The position numbers and the translations under genes were made by a program. From Balamuthia mandrillaris (lineage: Eukaryota), in assembly GCA_031835245.2 (NCBI GenBank), contig JAVKOQ020000013.1, positions 310,001-374,000 of the forward strand: 64,000 nt of DNA, given 5' to 3'. The notes beneath the pieces are model-generated. The model saw only the letters and a list, made by a program, of their open reading frames with translations, was not told the DNA's origin and made no database searches. Shown here in pieces: positions 12,686 through 24,114 of this stretch (position 1 is the stretch's first letter; each line of letters opens with the position of its first letter).

Positions 12686-13702
12686 TCACTGGGCAATGCC
12701 GTCCTCCACGTCGTCCTTCTTCTCGTAGACCTCCCTCTTCAACACGCCAATGAAGGGCAGGGTGCGGTAGCGCTCGTCGTAGTCCATGCCATAGCCCACC
12801 ACCCACTTGTCCGGTATGTCAAAGCCGACGTACTTGACCTTGAGCTCCTCCTCGGAGACGCGCAGCCGCTCCTTCTTCCTCAGCAGGACGCAGCACTCCA
12901 GGGAGGCGGGATTGCGAGAGCGAAGAAGCTGCATGAGGTAGTGGAGGGTGTAACCGCTGTCCACGATGTCTTCCACAATCTGTGTATTTGTTTTGTTTTC
13001 GTTTGGGTCATTAGCATCAACAAACGATGAAGAGGAACAAAAAGAAATTGAGAACAAAAGCAAAATGAGAGAGAAGAGTGCAAGAAGTGACGATGGTAAT
13101 TGGGAGGATAAAAATAATTACACCTCAACACTAAACGAAACAGAAACGCAAAAATAACGTTCTTTCTTATTCTCTCTTCTCTTTTTCTCTTTCCTCTTTC
13201 TCTTTTCTCTTTTCTCTTTTCTCTGTCCTCTTTCCTCTGTCCTCTTTCCTCTTCGTCAAGAACGAAGAAGCAGAAGAGCAACGAACAACGGAAGACTACA
13301 AAAACAGATGCAAACAAAAAAAAAAGAAAAAGAAAAGCACGGTACCAGAACGTGTTGGCCCTCAATGTTGGTCCTGGTGTCCATGAGGATCTTGACAGCT
13401 CCGGTGGTGACGGTGCCGCTGCCATAGCTGCTGACGGCCATAAAGTCCAGGACGGTGTCCGTCTGCACCCGCTTGGCCAGGTCCGTGAGGAAGATGACGG
13501 ATCCCTTCAGGATGCCCACCATCAGGATGGTCTTGCCCTCGTAGTCCTTGTCGATCTGGCCGGCGAGCTGGCGGATGCGGGCCTCGATGGCGCCCTCGCT
13601 GTGGAGCACCTCCTCCAGGTCGTTGATCTGGGAGAGCTCGTTCTTGGAGGCACGGAGCGGGGAGGGGGTTCTCGGAGGAACTTCAACGGTGGATGCCATC
13701 AT
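12686..13702 (-). CDS. HPRT: Hypoxanthine(-guanine) phosphoribosyltransferase, 2 exons (13702-13346, 12979-12686)
   Basis: VGILKGSVIFLTDL, DFMAVSSYGSG, PRPP loop VL-IVEDIVDSGYTL, and GFDIPDKWVVGYGMDYDERYRTLPFIG. Confidence 0.95.
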
Positions 13703-14054
13703 TCTAATCGTTATTTTTTTTTTCTGTTGAGAGAAGAAGAAATCGGAGATGAGAAAAATGCAAATCATGAAAGAATATATTTCTGTAACAAAAAAAAAAC
13801 AAAAAAAACAACAGTGTGTGGTGAAAAAGAAAAAAAAAAGGGGAAAGGGCACAAGGAAGAGAAAAAGAAGACAAACGAACCCAAAAAGAAATGGAGCGAT
13901 CAGAGATGCAGAGAGAGGAGGGGGGAACAACCGCAAGGAGGAAGACAAGCAAGAAAGAAAGCAAATTACGGCCAAAAACAAAAAAATAACGGGGCCATGG
14001 TCGAGACATTCTGATCACTCAATTCATCCCTCCTGAAAGAGCTAAAATTTTTTG

Positions 14055-14174
14055 TGACGTCATTTAGAGAGACACTCTCCAACACGGAACGAACTGACGT
14101 CATGGCAAGCGGAAGATACGACGGCAAGCCGATGCTGTCCCCACTATTATTTTCCTCCCTGAAGCATGACGTCA
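14055..14174. promoter_or_regulatory. Cluster of three TGACGTCA palindromes in the HPRT/Rab21 divergent promoter
   Basis: TGACGTCA at 14055-14062, 14095-14102 and 14167-14174. Confidence 0.55.
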
Positions 14175-14231
14175 GTTCTGAGCGAAAATTCTGGCGCAGA
14201 AGAGAAGAACCGACGAAAAGAAAAAAAATTA

Positions 14232-14271
<40 letters not shown>

Positions 14272-14646
14272 GAGGAGAGGCATAACAGGGACAATAAAAA
14301 AAACAAGCCGCGGCAAGAGAGCCTCTAGATAAGCGACGTAGGCGTTCACTTCTGTTTTTTTTTTTTTTGGGGTTTGGTTTTTTTTTTTTTTTTGGGGGTG
14401 GAAAAGGCTGACCAACGTTAGAAGGTGGAGAGTGGGGGGGGAGGGGAAAGAACTTAACAACAAAAAAAAAAATATATTCTGGTGAACGAATTGAATTGAT
14501 TTTTTTTGCACCAAAAGGGAATCGAGTAGAAAGGATTGGAATTTTTTTTTTTGTTGGTCAAGTTTGGCGCAGGCAACAACCAAGATCTCCTTGGTGGATA
14601 GCAGCAAAGCATTTTTTTTTTAAAAAAAGCATCAACAACACAGCTA

Positions 14647-14700
14647 ATGACAACCATCAACTTTAAAGTGGTGCTTTTGGGAGAAGGTTCGTTCTCTCTT

Positions 14701-14739
<39 letters not shown>

Positions 14740-15085
14740 TTTGACTCTTTGGAAGACTCATCAACCAGATGTTTATTCTTTCGAAATAAAATAGGAAGTG
14801 TGGGCAAAACCTCGTTGGTGACGCGCTACGTGCAGAACAAGTTCAATGAGAAGCATGTAACCACCATTCAGGCCTCTTTTCTCTCTAAACGGCTCAACAT
14901 TGACGGAGAGCGGATTAACCTTGCTATTTGGGTACGCTACTTCTCTCTCTCTCTCTCTCTCTCTCGCTTTCTCTGTTCTCTTCTGCCAAATCTCTTCTCG
15001 GTTCCCTCGCTCCTCTTTCTCTCTCCCTCCTCCTCTCAAACATTTCCTTTCCTTTGCTTGTAACGTTATTTTGCTTACCATTTCC

Positions 15086-15123
<38 letters not shown>

Positions 15124-15905
15124 TTTCTCTTTGCAGGATACAGCAGGGCAAGAGCGCTTTCATGCACTAGGTCCCATTTACTACAGAGAGTCAAACGGTC
15201 TCTATTCCTCTCTCTCTCATTTTTATTGTTCTTTGTCGTTCTCTCATCTATGTTCCGCGCTGCTTTTTTGTATCTCATTCTAACTTTCTGTGATTTGTCA
15301 CTTCATTACAAAGGCGCTCTTCTTGTTTATGACATAACAGACAACAATTCTTTCATCAAGGTAAAGAACTGGGTGAAGGAACTGCGAAGTCAGTTGGGAA
15401 AGAGTGTAACTTTGGCCATTGTGGGCAACAAAGTGGACTTGGAAAAGCAAAGCAGAGCAGTTAACGAGGAGGAGGCATTAGAGTACGATGAATTCCAAGC
15501 GTTGAAAATATTTTCAACGCTTTTGTGCTTTTCTTGTCCTTGGGGTTTTTTTTAAATGTTAATTTTTTTTTGCTCTCCAGGTATGCTAAGAGCGTAGGTG
15601 CAGAGCACTACTACACCTCTGCAAAACTTAACAAAGGCATCGATGAGCTCTTTTTGGATCTTTCAAGAAGTACATATTCTTTATCTTATTTCTTATCTCG
15701 TTCTTGTTTTAGTTCTCTGCTTCTTTCGTTATCTTATTCGTGCTTTACTTACCGTTTTCATTGCTCAATAATAGGAATGCTAGCAGCAGCGAAAGCGGCT
15801 TCCTCTTCATCAGGAATTGACACAAGACAAACACAAAAGAGCGACAGAAACCTGCTCATCGACTTTGAAGAATCCCAGCAAGACAACAGCCAATGCGCTT
15901 GTTGA
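14647..15905 (+). CDS. RAB21: Rab21-family small GTPase, multi-exon
   Basis: [56 protein letters not shown] and TSAK motifs. C-terminal CAC (CXC) prenylation site. Confidence 0.93.
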
Positions 15906-16965
15906 GAACGAGGAAAGCATGTTTGGAACTCCCTCTTTCTATTTTTTTGTTCTTCTATCCTTACCTCTTCCTGTTTCATTCTCTTGGGCGTGTATCATGG
16001 TACTCACTCCCCCTCTTCTTTGTTGTTCATTTTCTCAGCCGATGCTTTTCTCTGCTCTCTTGTCTTGTTTTGTACTTACTATTCCATTTCTGTTCTCTCT
16101 CTCTCTCTCTCTCTCTCTCAAGCAGAACAAACCCCCTATTTACTGAAGCCAAAAAAAAAAACCAGAATGACGTGCATTATGTGGACCTAATGCAAATGCA
16201 GCCTTCGTTTTAACACAACAAAGAATAAGAATCTTTTTGTTTCCTCTGTACAGACAAATGCGTCACAACAAAACAGGTCATCCCTTTTCCCCCTCCAACC
16301 ACCGAATGAGAAGAGGTCGCAACAGAGAGAGAAATGGAGACAAAGGAAGAGAGAGAAAGTGAGAACGAATAGACACGAGACAACCGAGAATAGACGCGAG
16401 AGAACAAGCAAGGAGAGGAGAGAATCATTGTCGACAAATAATTATTGCTCATTCCCGTCCAATCGATAATTTATTTTGAACTTTTTGCGACAAAAAGGAA
16501 AGCCAAAACAGATAAATTAACACAGCAACAAAAAAAAAAAGGGGGGGAAACCGAGCCGTGCGCGCTGGGCGGAGAGCAGTGCGGTGAATTTATTTTTTTT
16601 TATTTGTTTGTTTTTCACAACACAGCAAAAAAAAAAAGTAGCAGGTGAGTAGCATCAAACCCTCCTCCGCTGCTGTGTGTAGTACCTAAACGGTTGGGTA
16701 GTTGTTGTCGCGTTGATGTTGTTTGGTGGTGGAGTGTGTGTGTGTGTGTGGTAGTGTTTGTGTTTCGTTGAAGTGTCGCTTTCACGAAAAAAACAAAAAA
16801 AAAAAGCATCTCATCTCCCCGTCTAACATTTAACATTTTTTTTTCTCTCCTTTTTGTTTTTAACCACACCACAACCAGGATTTAAAAAGAACCTCCTCTT
16901 GTTTTTTTTGGGGTGTGTTTTAAAGTTCACGGAAAAGAAACGAGAGCAACAAAGACATCAACGAC

Positions 16966-17154
16966 ATGGCAGCGCCGCCTCCTCCTCCTATGGGAGCGCC
17001 GCCTCCTCCCGCGCCCATGAAAATCGCTCCGCCAAGCCAGGAGCGCTCTGCTCTTTTGGGCTCCATTCAGGGCTTCTCCAAAGCCGGCCTTAAAAAGGCT
17101 GTCACTGTAGACAAAAGCGGCCCCGTCGTTGGAAGTACGTTCTTTTTCATTGTT

Positions 17155-17186
<32 letters not shown>

Positions 17187-19825
17187 CCTCCCTCCTGCGC
17201 CTTTTCTCTCTTTTCGATTCCCTTCGTGTTGCACTGCACAGCTAGGTTAACGTTGGTTTTTCTTTCTTTCAAACCAAAGAAGGCGGCAGTGGTGGCGGTG
17301 GCGGGGGTGGCGGTGGAGGTGGCGGAGGAGGTCCTCCAGGCCTCGGTGGCCTCTTTGCCGGCGGCATGCCCCAACTTCGCGGGCGTGGCGCCGGACCTCC
17401 CCCAACGATGCCCTCTCCAGTAGCAGCCAGACCCTCCCCACCCATCGGTGGCAGAGGAAGGGGGTCCCCAGGGACGATGCCCTCTCCAATGGCCCCGCCG
17501 CCGGTGGCTGCTCCACCTTCAGCTGGAAGAGGGAGGGGCTCTCCCCCTGGGACTATGGGTCGTGCTCCATCTCCTCCGTTGGCGGCCGCCCTACCGACCT
17601 CCATGTCTTCTCCTTCCCTCTCTTCTCCCTCGATTGCACCAGTCGGCAATGGAGACAGTGGTGGAGGGCAGTGCCGTGCACTCTATAACTTTACGCCGCA
17701 GCAGCCTGGCGACCTGGGCTTTAGCAAGGGAGACATCATTACTATCGTTAAGCGGACGAGTGCATGGTGGACGGGTACCCTCCGTGGTCAGACGGGACAG
17801 TTCCCTGGTAATTACGTGGAGGAAATATCCGGCCCTAGTGCCAGCTCCCCTCCCACGTTGCGCAGCCCCAGCCCCCCTAGTGGTTTGTCTTTCTTCTCTT
17901 GTTCTCCCTACACATCCACTCCCACCTGCTGCGCTCTGCTATACTCTGTTCTTCTCCTCTCATTCTCTTTATGTTGTGTGGAACAGGACTAGGCACATGC
18001 ACTGCATTGTATAATTTCAGTCCGACTCGCCCCGATGAGATGGGTTTTAGCAAAGGAGACACAATAACCATCCTCGACAAGTCAGGCCAGTGGTGGAAAG
18101 GCACTTGCAACGGCCAATCCGGTCTGTTTCCCTCCAATTATGTTAAAGAGGATGAACATTCCTCCTCTTCATCCTTCTCCTCCCCTCCTGCCGCCCCCGT
18201 CCCTTCCCCCTCTGCAGGTCGGGGCTTTGCAATGCCCCCTCCTACTCGGACTCCTCCTCCCACTCGGGCTGCCCCTCCCATGTCCATTCCTCCCCCAGTT
18301 CGTGGTCCTCCTTCTCCTTCCTTTGGTGGCAGTGCTCCTCCCCCTCCCTCCGGCCCGCCCCCTCCTGGACCTCCCGGTCCTCCTCCTCCTTCGTCTGCAC
18401 CTCCCCCTCCCATGGGCGGCGGCGGTCCTCCTCCACCACCGGGAGCGGGTCCTCCTCCACCACCGGGAGCGGGTCCTCCTCCGCCCCCACCAGCCACCAA
18501 GGTCAAACTGGGTGGCGGCGGCGGCGGCGGAAGCTCTGATCGTGGAGCGTTGTTAGGCTCCATTCAAGGCTTCTCCAAGGCTGGCTTGAAGAAAGCACAG
18601 ACCGTAGATAAGAGCGGTCCTGTTTTGAGTGAGTCCCTCCATTGTTTCTCTTCTTCTCAATTTTTTCCTAGTTGATGCTAACTTTTTTTTTCGTGGTAAA
18701 CAGAGAAAGAGTCACCATCAGGCGGTGGTGGTGGTGGTGGAGGTGCACCAGCCCTTGGTGGCTTGTTTGCTGGTGGTTTCCCCAAACTGCGAGGCGGTGC
18801 TGGTAGTTCTCCAAGCCCCCCTCTTGGTAACTCCACCATGCCCTCTTCCTCCTACCTTTTCCATCATCTCGTTTCTTTACCCTCTTACGTTCTCATTTTA
18901 TCTTTTCTCTTTTCTTCGTCGCCTGGAAGGTCGTGGACGAGGAACAGTAAGCGCAGGTTCTCCTAAGCCTCCTCCAGTTGCTTCTCGCGGGCCGCCCTCT
19001 CTGCCTTTCGGTGGTCCACCACCTGGTCCTCCTCCTTCCTCCTTCTCTTCTCCCTCCCCTCCTCCCTTTGGCGGGCCACCCCCTGGTCCTCCTCCTTCCT
19101 TTGGCGGCGGTCCTCCTCCTCCTTCGTCTGCACCTCCTCCTCCCATGGGCGGCGGCGGTCCTCCTCCACCACCGGGAGCGGGTCCTCCTCCGCCCCCACC
19201 AGCCACCAAGGTCAAACTGGGTGGCGGCGGCGGCGGAAGCTCTGATCGTGGAGCGTTGTTAGGCTCCATTCAAGGCTTCTCCAAGGCTGGCTTGAAGAAA
19301 GCACAGACCGTAGATAAGAGCGGTCCTGTTTTGAGTGAGTCCCCCTTTCGTATTTTTTTATTCCTTTGTATTAACCTGATTTTTACTTCCTTTTCTTTTA
19401 ATCAAACAGAGAAAGAGTCACCATCAGGCGGTGGTGGTGGTGGTGGAGGCGGCCCATTGGGCGGCCTCTTTGCAGGCGGCATTCCCAAACTTACCCCTCG
19501 CGGCGGTTCCTCCTCAGCCGGTGGTGCTAGCCGAGGCGGCGGCATTGGTGGTCGAGGACGTGGCAGTCCCTCTCCTCCCATGGGTCTTCCAGGAATGTCG
19601 CGAGGAGCACCGCCAGGACCTCCCCCGATGGCAGCGCCCCCGCCGGCGGCCCCAAGCAATCCGATGGCCACGGCGTTGTATGCCTACAACGCGCAGCAGC
19701 CGGGAGACCTGAGCTTCCAGAAGGGAGACCGCATCGTGGTGACGGACCAGACCGGCAATTGGTGGCAGGGACAGTGCAAGGGCGCTTCTGGGCAGTTCCC
19801 TTCCAACTACGTCCAGCTCGATTAA
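16966..19825 (+). CDS. Verprolin/WIP-like proline-rich actin regulator with 3 WH2 and 3 SH3 domains, multi-exon
   Basis: Three copies of R(S/G)ALLGSIQGFSKAGLKKAxTVDKSGP (WH2), each followed by GGLFAGGxPxL. SH3 motifs ALYNFTPQQPGDLGFSKGD..WWTG..GQFPGNYV, ALYNFSPTRPDEMGFSKGD..GLFPSNYV and ALYAYNAQQPGDLSFQKGD..GQFPSNYV. Polyproline tracts. Confidence 0.88.
18375..19448 (+). repeat. Intragenic duplication of a polyPro-WH2 exon module (~18375-18742 and ~19109-19448)
   Basis: Exonic DNA is near-identical between copies. Each copy has a 75-nt intron at the same site (18629-18703; 19335-19409). Confidence 0.9.
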
Positions 19826-19996
19826 AAAAAAACAAGAGTGGCGTGCACCTTTCACACTTGCTCCCTCCCCGTTTTTTGCCCCCTTCTTTCGCGCTGTTTT
19901 GTTTTTATTTTTCCTACTCCTGTAGTTTTAAACTGGGATGAATGAAAGTTCCCTTTCCTCCCCCTATCTTTTGTTTTTTTTCTCCCTGCTCGTCTT

Positions 19997-20036
<40 letters not shown>

Positions 20037-20102
20037 CTTTCCCTTTGGCTCGAAAAACAAAATGGATTGTACAAACAAAGAAAGAGTGGTGTTGTTGTGG
20101 TT

Positions 20103-23100
20103 TCAGGTGGCCAAAGTCTGATAGCCAGCCAACATTTGCGATGTCCCAAACAACTGGCTGTACTGGGAGCCCGCACAAGGCGACCTATCATACACGCTGT
20201 TAGAGTCTCTCCGGGGTTTAAAAGAAACAGAGAGAGGTTCACAAACTTGAGTTTCAATGGGCCAGAAAGCGCATAAATGAGTTCATCCAAACTGGCATAG
20301 CACCTCTCCCCGTTGACGCTGAAGCCAACGCCCGGTTGGTGCGTCACTCTCATGTGAACGATGTGGTCATCGGCGGCCACCCTGGAGATGGTGTAGCAGC
20401 CGGGGGTCAAGGGGTTGTTGCTGAAGCGGACCAAATAGCAGCCTTGGGCTTGCCCGGAGAGCCTTCTTTGAGCTTCCGCTGTTTCTATGTCTCCATGGAA
20501 CCATTCCTTGGAAAGAATCTCACAGACCTATAGTTCGTGTTAAGAGAGAGAGAGAGAAAAGAGAGTAAGAGAAAAAGAGCGAGACTCAAGAAACATAACA
20601 AATGAAGATAGCGTTACACTTTCAAGGAATGTGGCCCCAGAGCCAGAACCAGGCATCAAGGGTCCAAACCAATGCAGAACCTTGCCGAAGCGTTCGATGT
20701 TGACGGTCTTCTTTCCCGATTTCGGATCTTTGGTCAACAACAAGGCCTTCAAGCATCGCAGCTGGATGACTTCATCCTCCTCGTGGTGTTGTTGTTGCGG
20801 TTGAGCTGTGAACGTATCTTCCTTTCGTTCTTTTTCTCTCGCGGATGGGGTTGAGATATTGGAAGAATGCTGTTCTTCTCCGCCGGATGCCTCTAACCCA
20901 AACTGGTTTGTTTGCAAAGGTTTGGAAAGCAGTCCTGATGGTTTCACGTCCAAGGGCATCTGTTAAAGGATCGCGACGGTTTTAAACATGTGATGCTTAA
21001 GAGAAGAGAAAGCGAAAAAGGGGAAACAAAGAGGAAAGAGAGTGATAGAAATACCTGTAACCCAAGAAACGAGTATAGAGCCTTGAAAAACAGGGTTCCT
21101 TCGACCTGTTCCTGTCGCAGGAATCGTTTGGCCCAGAACCGTCGGCCATGTTCATCTGCTATGGCGGCGTGGATTACAATCAAGTCCAACTGATGGCTTA
21201 TCTCCTGAAAGTTAGGTCTTTGAAGTGGATCGGGATGCCAACATGCTTCCATCAACTCTCCCAAAAGTGCTGGGCAACTGTTGTTTTGTTTATGTGAGTT
21301 TGTTGTTACATTGAAGGAAAGAGCTTATATAACAACCAAAAGAAGAAGAAGAAGAACGAAGAACGAAGAAGAACGAAGAAGTAGATGAAGAAGGGGGAGA
21401 AGCGCAAGAACAAGAAGAAGACAAAAACGTACTCTGGCGGCAAAGGAGGCCGTTCATGATCAATACAGACGGCTCTAACGAAGCCGTCAAAGTCAAAATG
21501 GTTGGAGAACGGTTCTTCGCGAGTGAGTATTTCCCACAACACCAGCCCAAACGAATACACGTCCGACTTTTCGTTAAAGTCTTTGCCTTGTAGAACCTAA
21601 CGTTTGTTGTGGAAGCAAGAACAAAAGAACGCATGAGAAGAGAGAAGAGCAGCGCAAATGACGAAAGAGAGAAGATAGCCGAACAAGAAGGGAAGAAGGG
21701 GCAGAAGAGGAGGGAGGAGGAATAAAAAATGTACCTCGGGAGCCATCCATAAGGGAGTTCCTTTGGCAGCATTCGTCTTGTCTCGAAGAAACATTCTGTG
21801 CCTCGGTTTGATTTGCGCCAGACCAAAGTCTGCTCTCGTTTTTATAACAGTAAGAGATAAAAGAGAGGAGGTAATAAGGGAGGGAGGGAGGGAGAGAGCC
21901 CTTACCGCATAGCTTTACTTTGTACTGGTTTTGCACTTTGGAGATCTGTTGCACAGAAAGAATGCAGAAGAAACAAAGGTAAAAGAGAGAGATTGAAAAG
22001 AGATAATGAGTAAAAGAAAGAGAGAAAGCAAGGAAGCAGAAAGAGAGAACCAAAAGGTTGGCTGTTTTTAAGTCGCGATGAATAATAGTGGGAGTAGAAA
22101 AGTGAAGCCATGTCATTCCTTTTAGAAAAAAAATGGTTTAAACGTGAGAAAACTTGTTCTCTTGGGAATTGAGAGAAAGAGAGAAAAAGAGAAAGAGAGA
22201 AAAGGTTAAAGAGACAAAACGAGACGAGAGTGTATACCCAATGCAGCATCTTTGGCCATCTTCATGCGCTCATAGAGAGTGAGATGTTCGTCGGATTCCA
22301 ACAAACTCTAATTTTTTTAAAAAAAAGAAAACAACAAAGCAACAGAAATATTAGAAGAGAGAGAGAGAGAGAGAGAGGAAAGAAAGAAAGAAAGAAAGAA
22401 AGAAACGACAAGAAAGAAACGACAAGAAAGAAAGAAACGACAAGAAAGAAAGAAAGAAAGAAAGAAACGACAAGAAAGAAAGAAAGAAAGAAAGAAACGA
22501 CAAGAAAGAAACGACAAGAAAGAAAGAAAGAAATATACGACAAGATAGAAAGAAAGATACGACAAGTAGGAAAAAAAAAGATAAAGAAACAACAAAGGAA
22601 AAATAGAAAAGGGAAGCAAGCTACATACAGCCAAGTCTCCATCCATAAGCTCTGTCACTATCTTAACATTCCCTACAACCGCATTTTAAAGTATAATAAT
22701 ACATGTTACCAACGACAAATTGGAAAAAAAAAACCAAGAGAGAAAGAGTGAGAGAAAGAAAGAGAGAGAGAAAACAACAAAAGAAAAACAAAGAGAAAGA
22801 AAGAATGAAAAAAAAATAAAATGCCAAAAAAAAAACCAAAGGATGGAAGTTCTAAAAAAAGTGATGGAAGAATAAAATACCAGGAAGAGTGCAAGCTCCC
22901 ATGAACAAACAAATGTTCGGGTGTGGCATTGAACTGTTTTGTTTTGTTGTGTTAAAACAAAATGGTCAGAAAAAAAAGTTGTTAAACGACAACTATAAAT
23001 TTTTAAAACAATTGTAAAAATAATAGAAAAGAAAACTTTGACAAAACGACAGAAACACCCAAAAAACCTATACATAAAAATAAGAAAAAAAAAGCAAACA

Positions 23101-23680
23101 AACCTCATGATCTCTATTTCGCTACGGAGGTTGGAAAGCGTGGCATCGCAGTTGATTTGAACGTGCGGTATCTTTATAGCAACCTCCTATATTGATTTGT
23201 TATAGTGAATATAAAAATAAATAAATGGAACTTTGTTGAGGACGGATCAACATAAAGATACAAAACGGACCTTTTGGAAGCAGGTCCCTTTCCAAACGGT
23301 ACCAAAGCTCCCTTCTCCGATCTTGCGAACGAGGCGGATTTCATCACTCGGGATCTCGTGCGAATAAAACTGAAAGGGCGATATCATATTATTTTTATTA
23401 TCTCTTCGACTGCAAACTTTTCATCCCCCTTTTGGCGACGGAAGGGAAAAACAACAGGTGCAGCAAGCCGGGAAAAAGAGCAACCAACACGTTTCGTTGC
23501 TCTTGTAACGCTTCTTGTTTTCTTTCTTTTCTTCTTTTTTTGTTTATTTTTTTGTTTAAGTGAAAGGAATGTAAATTATTTAAGCAATGCAAAGAATTTG
23601 ATCACTTCATGACGACACGGATTTACTGTGTTGGTAATTACCAACTTAAAATTACCAACTCTATTCTACTTACTCCTCAT
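20103..23680 (-). CDS. Shk-type tyrosine-kinase-like kinase with C-terminal SH2 domain, multi-exon; 5' end uncertain
   Basis: KIGEGSFGTVWKG, EVAIK, HPNICLFMGAC, IIHRDLKTANLL, DFGLAQ, KGTPLWMAPE, SDVYSFGLVLWEI and CWHPDPLQRPNF. SH2 motifs WFHGDI..YLVRFS..PGCYTIS. Ends SPCAGSQYSQLF..GYQTLAT* at 20103. Confidence 0.88.
22378..22565. repeat. Intronic composite microsatellite (AAGA)n-AACGAC
   Basis: Tandem aagaaagaaacgac units inside a kinase intron. Confidence 0.8.
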
Positions 23681-24114
23681 GTTAGGTCTCTTCCTAGACC
23701 CTCAGCTTCCCTTTCTTATAATTTCTTTCCCTTCTCTCTTTTCCCTTTCCCTCGGTGTACTCTAAAGCAACGACGGAGATCCCCTCCTGTTGTCTTCTTT
23801 CTTTCTTCTGGAATACACTCCTTTCTGATCATTTGTCCCTTTCTTTTGTTAAGTTGGACTTAACCAACAACTGTAAAATGAATAATAAAATAATAAAAAT
23901 TTTATAAAAGAATTTTTGCTGTTAACATTGCAAGTTACTTTTGTTTCTTTTGAAAGCAGCATTACAACATTCACACACCCACTTCCAAACAACACTGTTA
24001 GCAGATCATTCAATACCGAAGCCAAACGACAAAAAAATTAAAAAAAAATTCAACAGATTAACTAACAATAAAAAAAGAGAAACTTCTCTTTGGAAAAAAA
24101 GAAAAGCAAATGCA

